DNA from: Bacteroidota bacterium
GTDB taxonomy: Bacteria; Bacteroidota; Bacteroidia; 2-12-FULL-35-15
Length of the DNA stretch: 64,000 nucleotides
Assembly: GCA_023251805.1 (NCBI GenBank)
Contig: JAHEYB010000006.1
Span: 4,123-68,122, forward strand
Reading direction: 5' to 3'
The position numbers and the translations under genes are program-made. A model generated the notes under the pieces. That model had not been told where the DNA came from, ran no database searches, and saw nothing but the letters and a program-made list of their open reading frames with translations. Each line of letters opens with the position of its first letter. Position 1 is the stretch's first letter. Positions 47,888 to 56,872 of this stretch are shown piece after piece.

Positions 47888-49213
47888 TTAACTTTCCTTC
47901 TCCACAAACCTCACTCCCAACGTTTCCAATTCAGCTAACACAGGTTCATAAATTTCTTTTGTAGTTGGAATTGTAACACCTCTTGCTTTTATTTTTCCTT
48001 GCAATATTAGTTTCGCGGAAATTGCTAAAGGCAAACCAACGGTCTTCGCCATTGCTGTGTAGGTTTGATCTTCTCCTTTCACAACAAGTGAGGAAACAAT
48101 TTTTTTATTTTTTCCGGCAAGTGCATATTCAAATTCGTGCTGCATTACAATCATATCTTTATCATTTTCTTTCAGCAACCATTTTTCCTCTAATAAATCT
48201 TGAAGAATTTGTGCGGGGCTGGCATCTTTCAAACGAATTTTTCTATCTTCAAAAACACCCAACCACTCTATCTTAGACAATGTTTCTGCATCCATTTCAT
48301 TTCCCATAAAAGCAATTAATTTTTCTTTTAAAGATTGTCTTCCTTGAGGAAGAAATGCTTCTAGTAATTGTTTGCACGTTAATGTATCTGATGCTTCTAT
48401 TTTGTAGGTATCATCGGTCAAGCCCAATTTTACAAATACATTCCAAGCCTTACAATAACCAGGCATACGCAATGTTCCGCGTAACATAGTCGGAATTTTT
48501 TCCAGATTATAAATTTTTCGATAAGACAAAGAATCACGATTGGCATAAGCATCAAATGTTCCATAACCATCTACATTAACGGTACATATTTGTGTAAACA
48601 AACGATTATAAGGAATGTATTTATACTGACCGTTTTCAATAAACTGCGCAGTGCCTTGTCCGGCTAACACCACATTGCGTGGGTTCCAGGAAAATTTATA
48701 TCCCCACGGATTATCATTGTATTCGGGAGCAACCAATCCACCACAAAACGATTGAAAAGAAGTTAATTCACCGCCTTGTTCGTGAATATGATCAATCACT
48801 TTCATTGCGGAGGCGTGATCAATACCCGGATCCAAACCAATTTCATTCATTAAAATAATTCCTGATGCTTTTGCTTCAGCATCCAATTCTCTCATTTCTT
48901 TAGAAACATAAGAAGCTGTGGCTAGATGTTTTTTAAAACGTACACAATCTTTCGCCACATTCATGTGCATAAAAGCCGGAAGCATTGAAATTACAATATC
49001 TGCACGCTTTATTTCTTCTTCTCGCTGCCCATCATTATTTATATCAAATTGTATGGCTCTCGCATTAGCGTGCCCTGCTGTTTTTTGTTTTACCAAATCA
49101 AGCGACACATCTGCAACTGTGACATTCCAGTTTTCTTTTACCGAATGGCTGAGTAAGTAATTGATAAGAGAGGAAGCAGAACGACCTGCTCCTATGACTA
49201 AAATGTTTTGCAT
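47888..49213 (-). CDS. Saccharopine dehydrogenase family protein
   Basis: GAGRS, TASYVS, NEIGLDPGIDH, SFCGGL, YKFSWNP and TAMAKTVGLP. Confidence 0.92.
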   Translation of the reverse strand: MQNILVIGAGRSASSLINYLLSHSVKENWNVTVADVSLDLVKQKTAGHANARAIQFDINNDGQREEEIKRADIVISMLPAFMHMNVAKDCVRFKKHLATASYVSKEMRELDAEAKASGIILMNEIGLDPGIDHASAMKVIDHIHEQGGELTSFQSFCGGLVAPEYNDNPWGYKFSWNPRNVVLAGQGTAQFIENGQYKYIPYNRLFTQICTVNVDGYGTFDAYANRDSLSYRKIYNLEKIPTMLRGTLRMPGYCKAWNVFVKLGLTDDTYKIEASDTLTCKQLLEAFLPQGRQSLKEKLIAFMGNEMDAETLSKIEWLGVFEDRKIRLKDASPAQILQDLLEEKWLLKENDKDMIVMQHEFEYALAGKNKKIVSSLVVKGEDQTYTAMAKTVGLPLAISAKLILQGKIKARGVTIPTTKEIYEPVLAELETLGVRFVEKES

Positions 49214-49250
49214 AAATAATTAGAAATATAACGCGAAGATAGTAAATACT

Positions 49251-50744
49251 CTACCTCATCAAATATTTGATGTGATTTTGAATCCAGTTCAAATGCATAA
49301 AATCACCCGGTGTTGTTGCTTTGTGCCTGCGTTGTTGCACTTTTTTACTTAAATCATCCAGTAATTTATTTTTTACGGAAGCACTGCCTTCCAAAACTTG
49401 TATAAGCTCCACCATTAAATCATGAACTCCAACTTGTTCCAAGTAGGTTCGAATATCCCTTTCTACAAGTATTTTAGAGGCCTTTTCGTATTCCTGTTTG
49501 ATGATTAACAATTTTATTTTCAATGCTAAAGTGTCTTCAAAAGAAGCCAATACATTTTCAGCTTTTTTCACCTTTTTAAGATATTCGTCCACTTGATCCA
49601 GTAAAAAATTAAAATCCATTTTAAAAGTTTGCGGATACGTATCTGAAACTATCCTTGCCTTTTGGACATAGGCAAATGATAACTTATCAAACTGATTGTT
49701 TTCCTTCAAAAAGGCAACAAATAAATTAATGGTATCGTTCGCCTCTGTGAATCGACTTGCCATGCATTGCGAGGTGGCTAAATTAAAATACAAGGATTCT
49801 GTTTTATACATTTTTAAAACCGAATCGTTGTTATGCACTAAATCCCAGGAATCTTTCATAAAATGATATGCTTCATTAAATTCACAGCGGTTAAAATGGT
49901 AAAACATGGTGATGTGATTGAAATGAAAATGTTGAAATTTGGTATAGTTCACTTTGTAGCTTAGCAAAGGGATTTCAGGGTTTTTAGCAAATAATTTTTT
50001 AAAGGCCGTTAAATGCCGACTTACCACTTGTTGGAAGTGTAAATAATCTTGCGAACCCAATTTGTAATACAAGGAAATGTGATGATAACACATTAAAAAG
50101 CGAGGATATTCTTTGTTTTTTTCCGACAATTCTTTGATGGTCGCCAATTCATTCTTGGCAAATTTTATTCCTTTTGTATAATTTATTTCATATAATTTTC
50201 TGGAAATAAACTGACAACGATAAATATCATACTGCAAGTTGATGGCCTTTTCCAAACGTTCAAACAGCACAACATTTCGTTCCAAACGATTAAACGATTG
50301 ATTTAAAAAAATTAGCTGGTCGATAATATCAGGTAATAATTCAAAAATATTTTTTTTCCAACATTCTTTTTCAAGTTCCATTAACTCCTTGTAAGCACCT
50401 TCTTTATTGGTTCCTGAAGTCAGGTTTTTATTTCTATATAAAACAAGTTGTTCCTTTGTAAGAAATTCTCCTGTTTGATTATCGGAAGTAGATTTTAATA
50501 ATTCATCGTGAATTTTTTTACGGAGCTTAAAATACCTGTTTTCCAAAACGGCATACTCGCTTTTTTCCCTACTTTCTGCATAAATAAAGGAAACCGCATC
50601 TGAGTTTTTGAAATTACGATTTGTGCAGTTTTTTAAAAAATCGATTAGCTTCAATCCTACAGGTGAATCTTTGAACTTAAAATTGAGCTCCGAAGATTCA
50701 ATCTCGTTTAACTTTTTAAAATCATCGTATAATTTCTTATTCAT
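49251..50744 (-). CDS. Hypothetical all-helical cytoplasmic protein
   Basis: 497-aa uninterrupted ORF with no signal peptide and a TPR-like helical pattern. No family recognised. Confidence 0.7.
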   Translation of the reverse strand: MNKKLYDDFKKLNEIESSELNFKFKDSPVGLKLIDFLKNCTNRNFKNSDAVSFIYAESREKSEYAVLENRYFKLRKKIHDELLKSTSDNQTGEFLTKEQLVLYRNKNLTSGTNKEGAYKELMELEKECWKKNIFELLPDIIDQLIFLNQSFNRLERNVVLFERLEKAINLQYDIYRCQFISRKLYEINYTKGIKFAKNELATIKELSEKNKEYPRFLMCYHHISLYYKLGSQDYLHFQQVVSRHLTAFKKLFAKNPEIPLLSYKVNYTKFQHFHFNHITMFYHFNRCEFNEAYHFMKDSWDLVHNNDSVLKMYKTESLYFNLATSQCMASRFTEANDTINLFVAFLKENNQFDKLSFAYVQKARIVSDTYPQTFKMDFNFLLDQVDEYLKKVKKAENVLASFEDTLALKIKLLIIKQEYEKASKILVERDIRTYLEQVGVHDLMVELIQVLEGSASVKNKLLDDLSKKVQQRRHKATTPGDFMHLNWIQNHIKYLMR

Positions 50745-50829
50745 ACCTATCGGCTCAAATATATTCCCTAAAAATAGAAAAATAGAATTATAAAAAAATT
50801 TATTGTGCTGTTTTTCTTACCTTTGTATT

Positions 50830-51234
50830 ATGCAAAAACGTTTTTTAGTATTCAGTGGATTTTCGGGAGCAATAGGAGTTGCTTTGGGGGCAATGGTTGC
50901 ACACCTTTTGAAATCGAAATTAGAAACCGGATTAATTACAGAAGCAAATCTGCAAGCTTTTGACACCGCAGCAAAATACCAGATATACCATAGCATAGCT
51001 CTACTGGCTGTTGCTGTTTGCATCGATAAATTCAATGAAAAAATAATTTCAAAAGTAGGCTATTGCTTTATGGCTGGAATTGTACTTTTTTCGGGCTCTT
51101 TATACCTTTTAACAACTGCAAACCTTATCGGATTATCAGATGTACGTTGGCTGGGACCAATTACTCCAATTGGTGGACTGTTCTTCATTGTGGGCTGGAT
51201 TTTATTAGCCTTTGCAGGAATGAAAAAAAGATAG
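50830..51234 (+). CDS. DUF423 (YgdD/TMEM256) membrane protein
   Basis: ALGAMVAH, AAKYQIYHS, GIVLFSGSLY and LGPITPIGG. Confidence 0.9.
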   Translation: MQKRFLVFSGFSGAIGVALGAMVAHLLKSKLETGLITEANLQAFDTAAKYQIYHSIALLAVAVCIDKFNEKIISKVGYCFMAGIVLFSGSLYLLTTANLIGLSDVRWLGPITPIGGLFFIVGWILLAFAGMKKR

Positions 51235-51264
51235 ATAATTCAAAAAAAAAATTCGGTTTACAGC

Positions 51265-52755
51265 ATGAACAATTATAGCAATTACAAAGGAATGATGCGT
51301 AAAATAGCCGACATTCAATATGCTTCTGCTGTTTTAAATTGGGATCAAGAAACGTTTATGCCTCCCAAAGGTGCTACATTTCGTGCCCAACAACTTTCTA
51401 CCTTGGCAGGAATTGGTCATGAATTAGCTACTTCCAAAGAATTAGGCGATTTATTAAATACACTTTCTACTGATGTATCGCTTTCTGAAAAAGAGAAACG
51501 CAACATCAAACAATCGCTGAAAAATTATAACGACAATAAAAAATACACAACGGAGTTCGTGCAGGAACTTAGTAAAACCATTTCAGAAACCTTTCAGTCC
51601 TGGCAAAAAGCGAAAGAAGAAAACAATTTTTCTTTGTATGCGCCCAATTTGGAAAAGCTGGTGAAATTGAAACGGGAAGAATGTAAATTATTGGGAACAT
51701 TTGCACATCCTTACGATGCTTTACTGAACCAATATGAACCGGGAGCTAAAACGGCTGACTTAGAAATACTATTTGCAGATGTTAGGAGCCAACTAGTGGC
51801 TTTTGTTAAAAAAATCGCTGTAAAGCCACAAAACAAGGATAGTTTTATGTATTTGCAGTACAACAAAACCAAACAATGGGAATTGGGATTAGAACTTTTG
51901 AAACAAATGGGTTATGATTTTGAGGCAGGGCGACAGGATGCATCTTCACATCCATTCACTACCAACTTTAGCTCGCAAGATGTAAGAGTAACTACTCGTA
52001 TCAATGAAAAAGATTTGAATGAAATGATTTGGAGTTGTATTCACGAAGGTGGACATGCTTTGTATGAGCAAGGATTACCGGCTGAGGAATACGGTTTGCC
52101 ATCGGGAGAATATGTTTCACTGGGTATTCATGAATCACAATCGCGCTTATGGGAGAACAATGTTGGTAGAAGTTTAGGGTATTGGAAAAATAATTTCAAG
52201 TTATTACAAAACACTTTTTCTGAAAGTTTAAAAGGGATAAACTTTGAAGATTTTTATAAAGCCATGAACATTGTAAAACCTTCCTTGATTAGAACATCAG
52301 CGGATGAACTAACTTATCATTTTCATGTATTGATACGTTTTGAAATTGAAAAAGCATTGATAGAAGGAAGCATTGAAGTGAAAGATTTACCCAATTATTG
52401 GAACAGTAAATACAAAGAATATTTAGGCTTGGATGTTCCTAGTGATTCCAAAGGCGTTTTACAGGATATACATTGGAGTCACGGTAGTTTTGGCTATTTC
52501 CCAACCTACTCTTTGGGTAGTTTTTATGCTGCGCAATTTTTTGCTCAAGCAAAGAAAGAAATAAAAGGACTGGAATCGGAAATCGAAAAAGGAAACACAA
52601 AGCCATTATTGGATTGGCTAAGAGAAAAAGTACACCGTCATGGAAAATTCTATTCCGCTGAAGAGTTGTGCATTGCTATTAGCGGTGAAAAGCTAAATTT
52701 TAAGTACTTTATGGATTATGCCGCTGCCAAATACACAGCGCTGTATAATTTGTAA
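51265..52755 (+). CDS. Carboxypeptidase, M32 family
   Basis: HPF, DVRVTTR, HEGGH, HESQS, IR..ADE, GVLQDIHW and GYFPTYSLG. Confidence 0.95.
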   Translation: MNNYSNYKGMMRKIADIQYASAVLNWDQETFMPPKGATFRAQQLSTLAGIGHELATSKELGDLLNTLSTDVSLSEKEKRNIKQSLKNYNDNKKYTTEFVQELSKTISETFQSWQKAKEENNFSLYAPNLEKLVKLKREECKLLGTFAHPYDALLNQYEPGAKTADLEILFADVRSQLVAFVKKIAVKPQNKDSFMYLQYNKTKQWELGLELLKQMGYDFEAGRQDASSHPFTTNFSSQDVRVTTRINEKDLNEMIWSCIHEGGHALYEQGLPAEEYGLPSGEYVSLGIHESQSRLWENNVGRSLGYWKNNFKLLQNTFSESLKGINFEDFYKAMNIVKPSLIRTSADELTYHFHVLIRFEIEKALIEGSIEVKDLPNYWNSKYKEYLGLDVPSDSKGVLQDIHWSHGSFGYFPTYSLGSFYAAQFFAQAKKEIKGLESEIEKGNTKPLLDWLREKVHRHGKFYSAEELCIAISGEKLNFKYFMDYAAAKYTALYNL

Positions 52756-52759
52756 TTGG

Positions 52760-52798
52760 TTCATTTGCTAAAATGATTCGGTCATTTTAGCAAATGAA
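52760..52798. repeat. Perfect 17-bp hairpin just after the M32 stop (possible terminator or stabiliser)
   Basis: TTCATTTGCTAAAATGA-TTCGG-TCATTTTAGCAAATGAA. No clear U-tract follows. Confidence 0.65.
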
Positions 52799-53149
52799 TT
52801 CCAGATTTTTATGCCCTTAAATTTATTCAGGCAGATTCTGTGTTATTTAAAAATTCTAGTGAATAGAATCAGCCAAAATTATTATACACAGAAAAATCTG
52901 CGAATCTGCAGCCTAAATACATAGCATAGTATAGTTTATCTCCGAATATTTATCAACACTTTTGGTTCGTTTTTTAATTTATATAATCAATATAAATACT
53001 TGATTTACAATAATTTAATGTTTAAAAATAAAATAAATTTTAAAAGTTAAAAACTATATTTTAGTCGAAAAAATCACTGTTCATCCCCTAAGTTTACTAC
53101 TTTTGTGCTTTCATTTTTATAAAAAACCTAAACACTAAAAAATCTAGAA

Positions 53150-54763
53150 ATGAACGAATTTGGAATAAAGGGAAAGAACTCAAGTATTGCAAGTCTTGGT
53201 CTTGAGAATGTTTCTGCAGCATATTGGAATTTGAATGCTGCTGAATTGGTTGAAGAAACCATTGTGCGTGGAGAAGGGATGCTCACCGATACCGGAGCAT
53301 TGGCTGTAGATACAGGCGAATTCACCGGCCGTTCCCCAAAAGATAAATTTATTGTTGAAGATGCTAAAACGAAAGATTCGATTTGGTGGAGCGATGTAAA
53401 CTTTAAGTTTGATGCTGACAAATTCGATACACTTTACAATCGTGTTTGTGCGTATTTATCAGGTAAAGAAGTTTATGTGCGCGATTCCTATGCTTGCGCT
53501 GACCCTAAGTACCGTTTAAACATTCGCGTAGTTACCGAATATCCTTGGTCTAACCTTTTCGCAAACAATTTGTTTTTGCGCCCTACAACTGATGAGATTA
53601 TGAACTTTGAAGCAGAGTGGACAATCATATGTGCCCCGGGCTTTAAAGCTAATCCTGCTGTTGATGGAACTCGTCAACACAATTTTACCATTTTAAACAT
53701 GACCAAAAAGGTTATTTTAATTGGTGGTTCAGGGTACACTGGAGAAATTAAAAAAGGTATTTTCTCATTGTTGAATTACATCTTACCTCACGAAAAAGGA
53801 GTTTTATCAATGCATTGCTCTGCAAACATTGGTAAAGATGGCGATACTGCTATTTTCTTCGGATTATCAGGAACAGGAAAAACAACCTTATCTGCTGACC
53901 CAAACCGTGGATTGATTGGTGATGATGAGCATGGCTGGAGCAACGAAGGTGTATTTAACTTCGAAGGCGGTTGTTATGCAAAATGTGTGGATTTGACAAA
54001 AGAGAAAGAACCGGAAATTTTCGGAGCGGTGAAATTTGGTGCATTACTGGAAAATATCGAATACTACGAAAATACTTCTACTGTTGATTTTGCAAACATT
54101 TCTAAAACAGAAAACACACGTGTTGGTTATCCTATTCATTTTATTCAAAATGCAGTTGAACCATCTGTTGGAAACGTTCCAAAAAATATTTTCTTCTTAA
54201 CATGCGATGCTTACGGTGTGTTACCTCCTATTTCTAAGTTAACAACCGGACAAGCCATGTATCACTTCATTTCGGGATACACTGCTAAAGTTGCCGGAAC
54301 CGAAATGGGAATTACGGAGCCTACATTAACATTCTCTGCCTGTTTTGGAAAAGTATTTTTGCCATTACACCCAACAAAATATGCAGAGTTATTGGGTAAA
54401 AAATTAAAAGAAAACAAAGTGAATGTTTGGCTGATAAACACAGGCTGGTCGGGCGGAGCATTTGGTGTTGGAAACCGTATGAAATTATCTTATACGCGTT
54501 CAATGATCACTGCTGCTTTAACAGGAAAGCTGGATAACGTGAAATGTGAAACGATGCCAATTTTCGGATTACAAATGCCAACTGAATGTCCAGATGTTCC
54601 TGCAGATATCTTGAATCCTCGTAAAACTTGGGCAGACAAAGATGCTTATGATGCAACAGCAAATAAATTAGCTGCGTCATTCACAAAAAACTTTGAGCAA
54701 TATGCAAATGCTGCTAATGATGAAATCTTAGCTGCTGCTCCTAAAGTTGCTGTGAATGCTTAG
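53150..54763 (+). CDS. pckA: Phosphoenolpyruvate carboxykinase (ATP)
   Basis: TGRSPKDK, YTGEIKK, MHCSAN, GLSGTGKTTLS, LIGDDEHGW and NFEGGCYAK. Confidence 0.97.
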   Translation: MNEFGIKGKNSSIASLGLENVSAAYWNLNAAELVEETIVRGEGMLTDTGALAVDTGEFTGRSPKDKFIVEDAKTKDSIWWSDVNFKFDADKFDTLYNRVCAYLSGKEVYVRDSYACADPKYRLNIRVVTEYPWSNLFANNLFLRPTTDEIMNFEAEWTIICAPGFKANPAVDGTRQHNFTILNMTKKVILIGGSGYTGEIKKGIFSLLNYILPHEKGVLSMHCSANIGKDGDTAIFFGLSGTGKTTLSADPNRGLIGDDEHGWSNEGVFNFEGGCYAKCVDLTKEKEPEIFGAVKFGALLENIEYYENTSTVDFANISKTENTRVGYPIHFIQNAVEPSVGNVPKNIFFLTCDAYGVLPPISKLTTGQAMYHFISGYTAKVAGTEMGITEPTLTFSACFGKVFLPLHPTKYAELLGKKLKENKVNVWLINTGWSGGAFGVGNRMKLSYTRSMITAALTGKLDNVKCETMPIFGLQMPTECPDVPADILNPRKTWADKDAYDATANKLAASFTKNFEQYANAANDEILAAAPKVAVNA

Positions 54764-54797
54764 AAATTAGACTACTCTAATTAAATTATTTTATAAT

Positions 54798-54826
54798 CAG
54801 CCTTTCCAAATCGGAAGGGCTGTTTT
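54798..54826 (+). terminator. Rho-independent terminator of pckA
   Basis: CAGCCTTTCC-AAATC-GGAAGGGCTG-TTTT. Confidence 0.75.
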
Positions 54827-54857
54827 ATTTCCCTATTGTTCAATCGAAGACGTTTCT

Positions 54858-55031
54858 ATTCCCTCTTTTCCCGTAGGGACTCCCTCGGAGGAAAAGAGGG
54901 CTAGGTCCGAAGGACTCCTTCGGAGGAGATTGATGAGAATCATCATCCAACGCAATAACACAATTCTATACTCCCAACTAATTCGATAGCACAATCCATT
55001 CCCCCTTTGGAAAAGGGGGCTAGGGGGATTT
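54858..55031. repeat. Two copies of a CCCYCTTT..AAAGRGGG-CTAGGGRGATT repeat, the first carrying two ~20-bp mini-palindrome insertions
   Basis: Copy 2 (55001-55031) is ccccctttggaaaagggggctagggggattt. Copy 1 with 54870-54890 and 54906-54925 removed is ccctcttttgaaaagagggctagggagatt. Confidence 0.75.
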
Positions 55032-55083
55032 CCACGTATGATTGTTACGGAGATTTATTTACATTTGCACAACCAAAACCATT

Positions 55084-55791
55084 ATGCACCTATTCTACAC
55101 ACCCGACATCAATTCCCACACATACACCCTTAACGAAGAGGAAAGTAAACATTGTGTCCGTGTGTTGCGCTTAAACGAAGGCGATAAAATTCAATTGATT
55201 GATGGCAATGGTGGTTTTTACGATGGGGAAATCATTGATAATAATCCCAAACGTTGCTCCGTAAAAATCATTGATACAAAAAAAGAAGTAGGAAAACGCA
55301 ACTGGCATTTGCACATTGCCATTGCTCCAACCAAAAACATGGATCGCCTCGAATGGTTCGTAGAAAAAGCTACTGAAATGGGCATTGATGAAATATCATT
55401 GATTGATTGCAAAAACTCCGAACGAAGCATTGTAAAGACTGAACGCATTCAAAAAGTAGCTATTTCGGCCATAAAACAAAGTTTAAAAGCTTATCTTCCT
55501 AAAATCAATGATGTAGTTGACCTAAAAAAGTTCATCGCAACAACGAAGGATTTTAAAGGTGAGAAGTTTATTGCGCATTGTCAGTCGGCCGGATTGTCTC
55601 ATATCAAATCTCAATATATTCCAAAACAAAATGCATTGATCCTTATTGGGCCGGAAGGTGATTTTACTATTGAAGAAGTAAAATTGGCTTTGGATAATGG
55701 TTTTAAAGAAGTTGGTTTGGGTGAAAGTCGCTTACGCACCGAGACAGCTGCCTTGTACGCGTGTGCTGCGTTGAATGTGGCGAATGAATGA
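55084..55791 (+). CDS. rsmE: 16S rRNA m3U1498 methyltransferase
   Basis: ESKHCVRVLR, EKATEMG, IGPEGDF and LGESRLRTETA. A TACATTTG promoter box lies at 55060-55067. Confidence 0.95.
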   Translation: MHLFYTPDINSHTYTLNEEESKHCVRVLRLNEGDKIQLIDGNGGFYDGEIIDNNPKRCSVKIIDTKKEVGKRNWHLHIAIAPTKNMDRLEWFVEKATEMGIDEISLIDCKNSERSIVKTERIQKVAISAIKQSLKAYLPKINDVVDLKKFIATTKDFKGEKFIAHCQSAGLSHIKSQYIPKQNALILIGPEGDFTIEEVKLALDNGFKEVGLGESRLRTETAALYACAALNVANE

Positions 55792-55815
55792 TTACGCTCA
55801 AAAGTCCTTTGTGTC

Positions 55816-55905
55816 GTCATGCTGAGCGGAGTCGAAGCATACATTATTGTTAACGATGCGCAACATTTTTTCAACTAACTACCCTTCGACTCCGCTCAGG
55901 GTGAC
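55816..55905. repeat. Inverted REP pair (REPIN-like)
   Basis: GTCATGCTGAGCGGAGTCGAAGCAT (55816-55840) and ACCCTTCGACTCCGCTCAGGGTGAC (55881-55905) between convergent genes. Confidence 0.85.
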
Positions 55906-55938
55906 GCACCCAGCTATATTTCCAAATTTTCAAATTCC

Positions 55939-56706
55939 CTACCTTCTCCGAAACTCCGAACAAATAATAGAAGTCGCTATTGCCGCATTTAATGATTCTG
56001 CCTGTCCTTCATTAGTTTTATAATGTGAAAAAGAAGGAATGCTGATTTTATCAGTAATTAACTTTTGAACGTCTTCTGAAATCCCTCTCGACTCATTCCC
56101 AATAACAATAAGCCCTTCAGAAGATAATTTTTCATTGTAAATATTTTTGCCTTCCAACAAAGCACCATAAATTCGTTGTTGGTTATTAGTTATTTGTTGT
56201 TGGACAAAAGAAGTTAAATCACAATAATGTATTTTAATCCTTGCAATAGAACCCATTGTAGCCTGTACCACTTTTGAATTAAACGCATCCGCTGTTTCGG
56301 AGCTACACACAATATTTTCAATTCCAAACCAATCTGCAATACGAATAATTGTTCCTAAATTTCCCGGATCTTTAATATCGTCCAACACCAATGTGAGCTT
56401 TCCTTTCAAGTCATCCGAATTTAATTTATACTTGGGAATTTCACATACAGCTAACACTTCATTTGCTTTTGTTAAAGAAGAAATTCGTTCCAGTTCATTT
56501 TCTTTGATCTCAAATCGCTCTATAGTAGCTGGAATAGCATTGTTTCTTAAAAATTCAGATGTTGCATACACTTGCTTTACAACAATGTCGGAATTCAATA
56601 ATTCAGGCACAATTTTAGCTCCTTCCGCAATGAACAATTGATGTTCATCACGGTATTTTTTTTGTTTCAGGGAATTAATGAAACTGATTTGACTTTTTGA
56701 AAGCAT
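55939..56706 (-). CDS. TrmH/SpoU family RNA methyltransferase
   Basis: DPGNLGTIIRIADWFG, KVVQATMGS, IGNESRGIS and ESLNAAIA. Confidence 0.92.
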   Translation of the reverse strand: MLSKSQISFINSLKQKKYRDEHQLFIAEGAKIVPELLNSDIVVKQVYATSEFLRNNAIPATIERFEIKENELERISSLTKANEVLAVCEIPKYKLNSDDLKGKLTLVLDDIKDPGNLGTIIRIADWFGIENIVCSSETADAFNSKVVQATMGSIARIKIHYCDLTSFVQQQITNNQQRIYGALLEGKNIYNEKLSSEGLIVIGNESRGISEDVQKLITDKISIPSFSHYKTNEGQAESLNAAIATSIICSEFRRR

Positions 56707-56727
56707 AGCTTTTTATTTAAAATAATT

Positions 56728-56798
56728 AAAACACATAGTGCTATTGCTAAGCTATGCAAAGCTTTAGCTTCTTATTTTTCTATGATTCTATGTGTTAA
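56728..56798. repeat. AACACATAG...CTATGTGTT element (second copy, inverted relative to 44815)
   Basis: Terminal inverted repeats at 56730-56738 and 56788-56796. An internal 22-mer is shared with 44838-44859. Confidence 0.7.
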
Positions 56799-56872
56799 AA
56801 AAATACCACCACTATTGTAAGCACAAATGTAGTAATTTAGTAGCCTTAGTACTCTACAATTTTTAATCGAGC

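Noticed and set aside
52800-53149. Long AT-rich gap before pckA as a possible sRNA or small gene
   Set aside because: Only a weak imperfect inverted repeat (gcagattctgtg / cacagaaaaatctgc) and promoter-like AT tracts are visible. No supportable ORF or RNA family.
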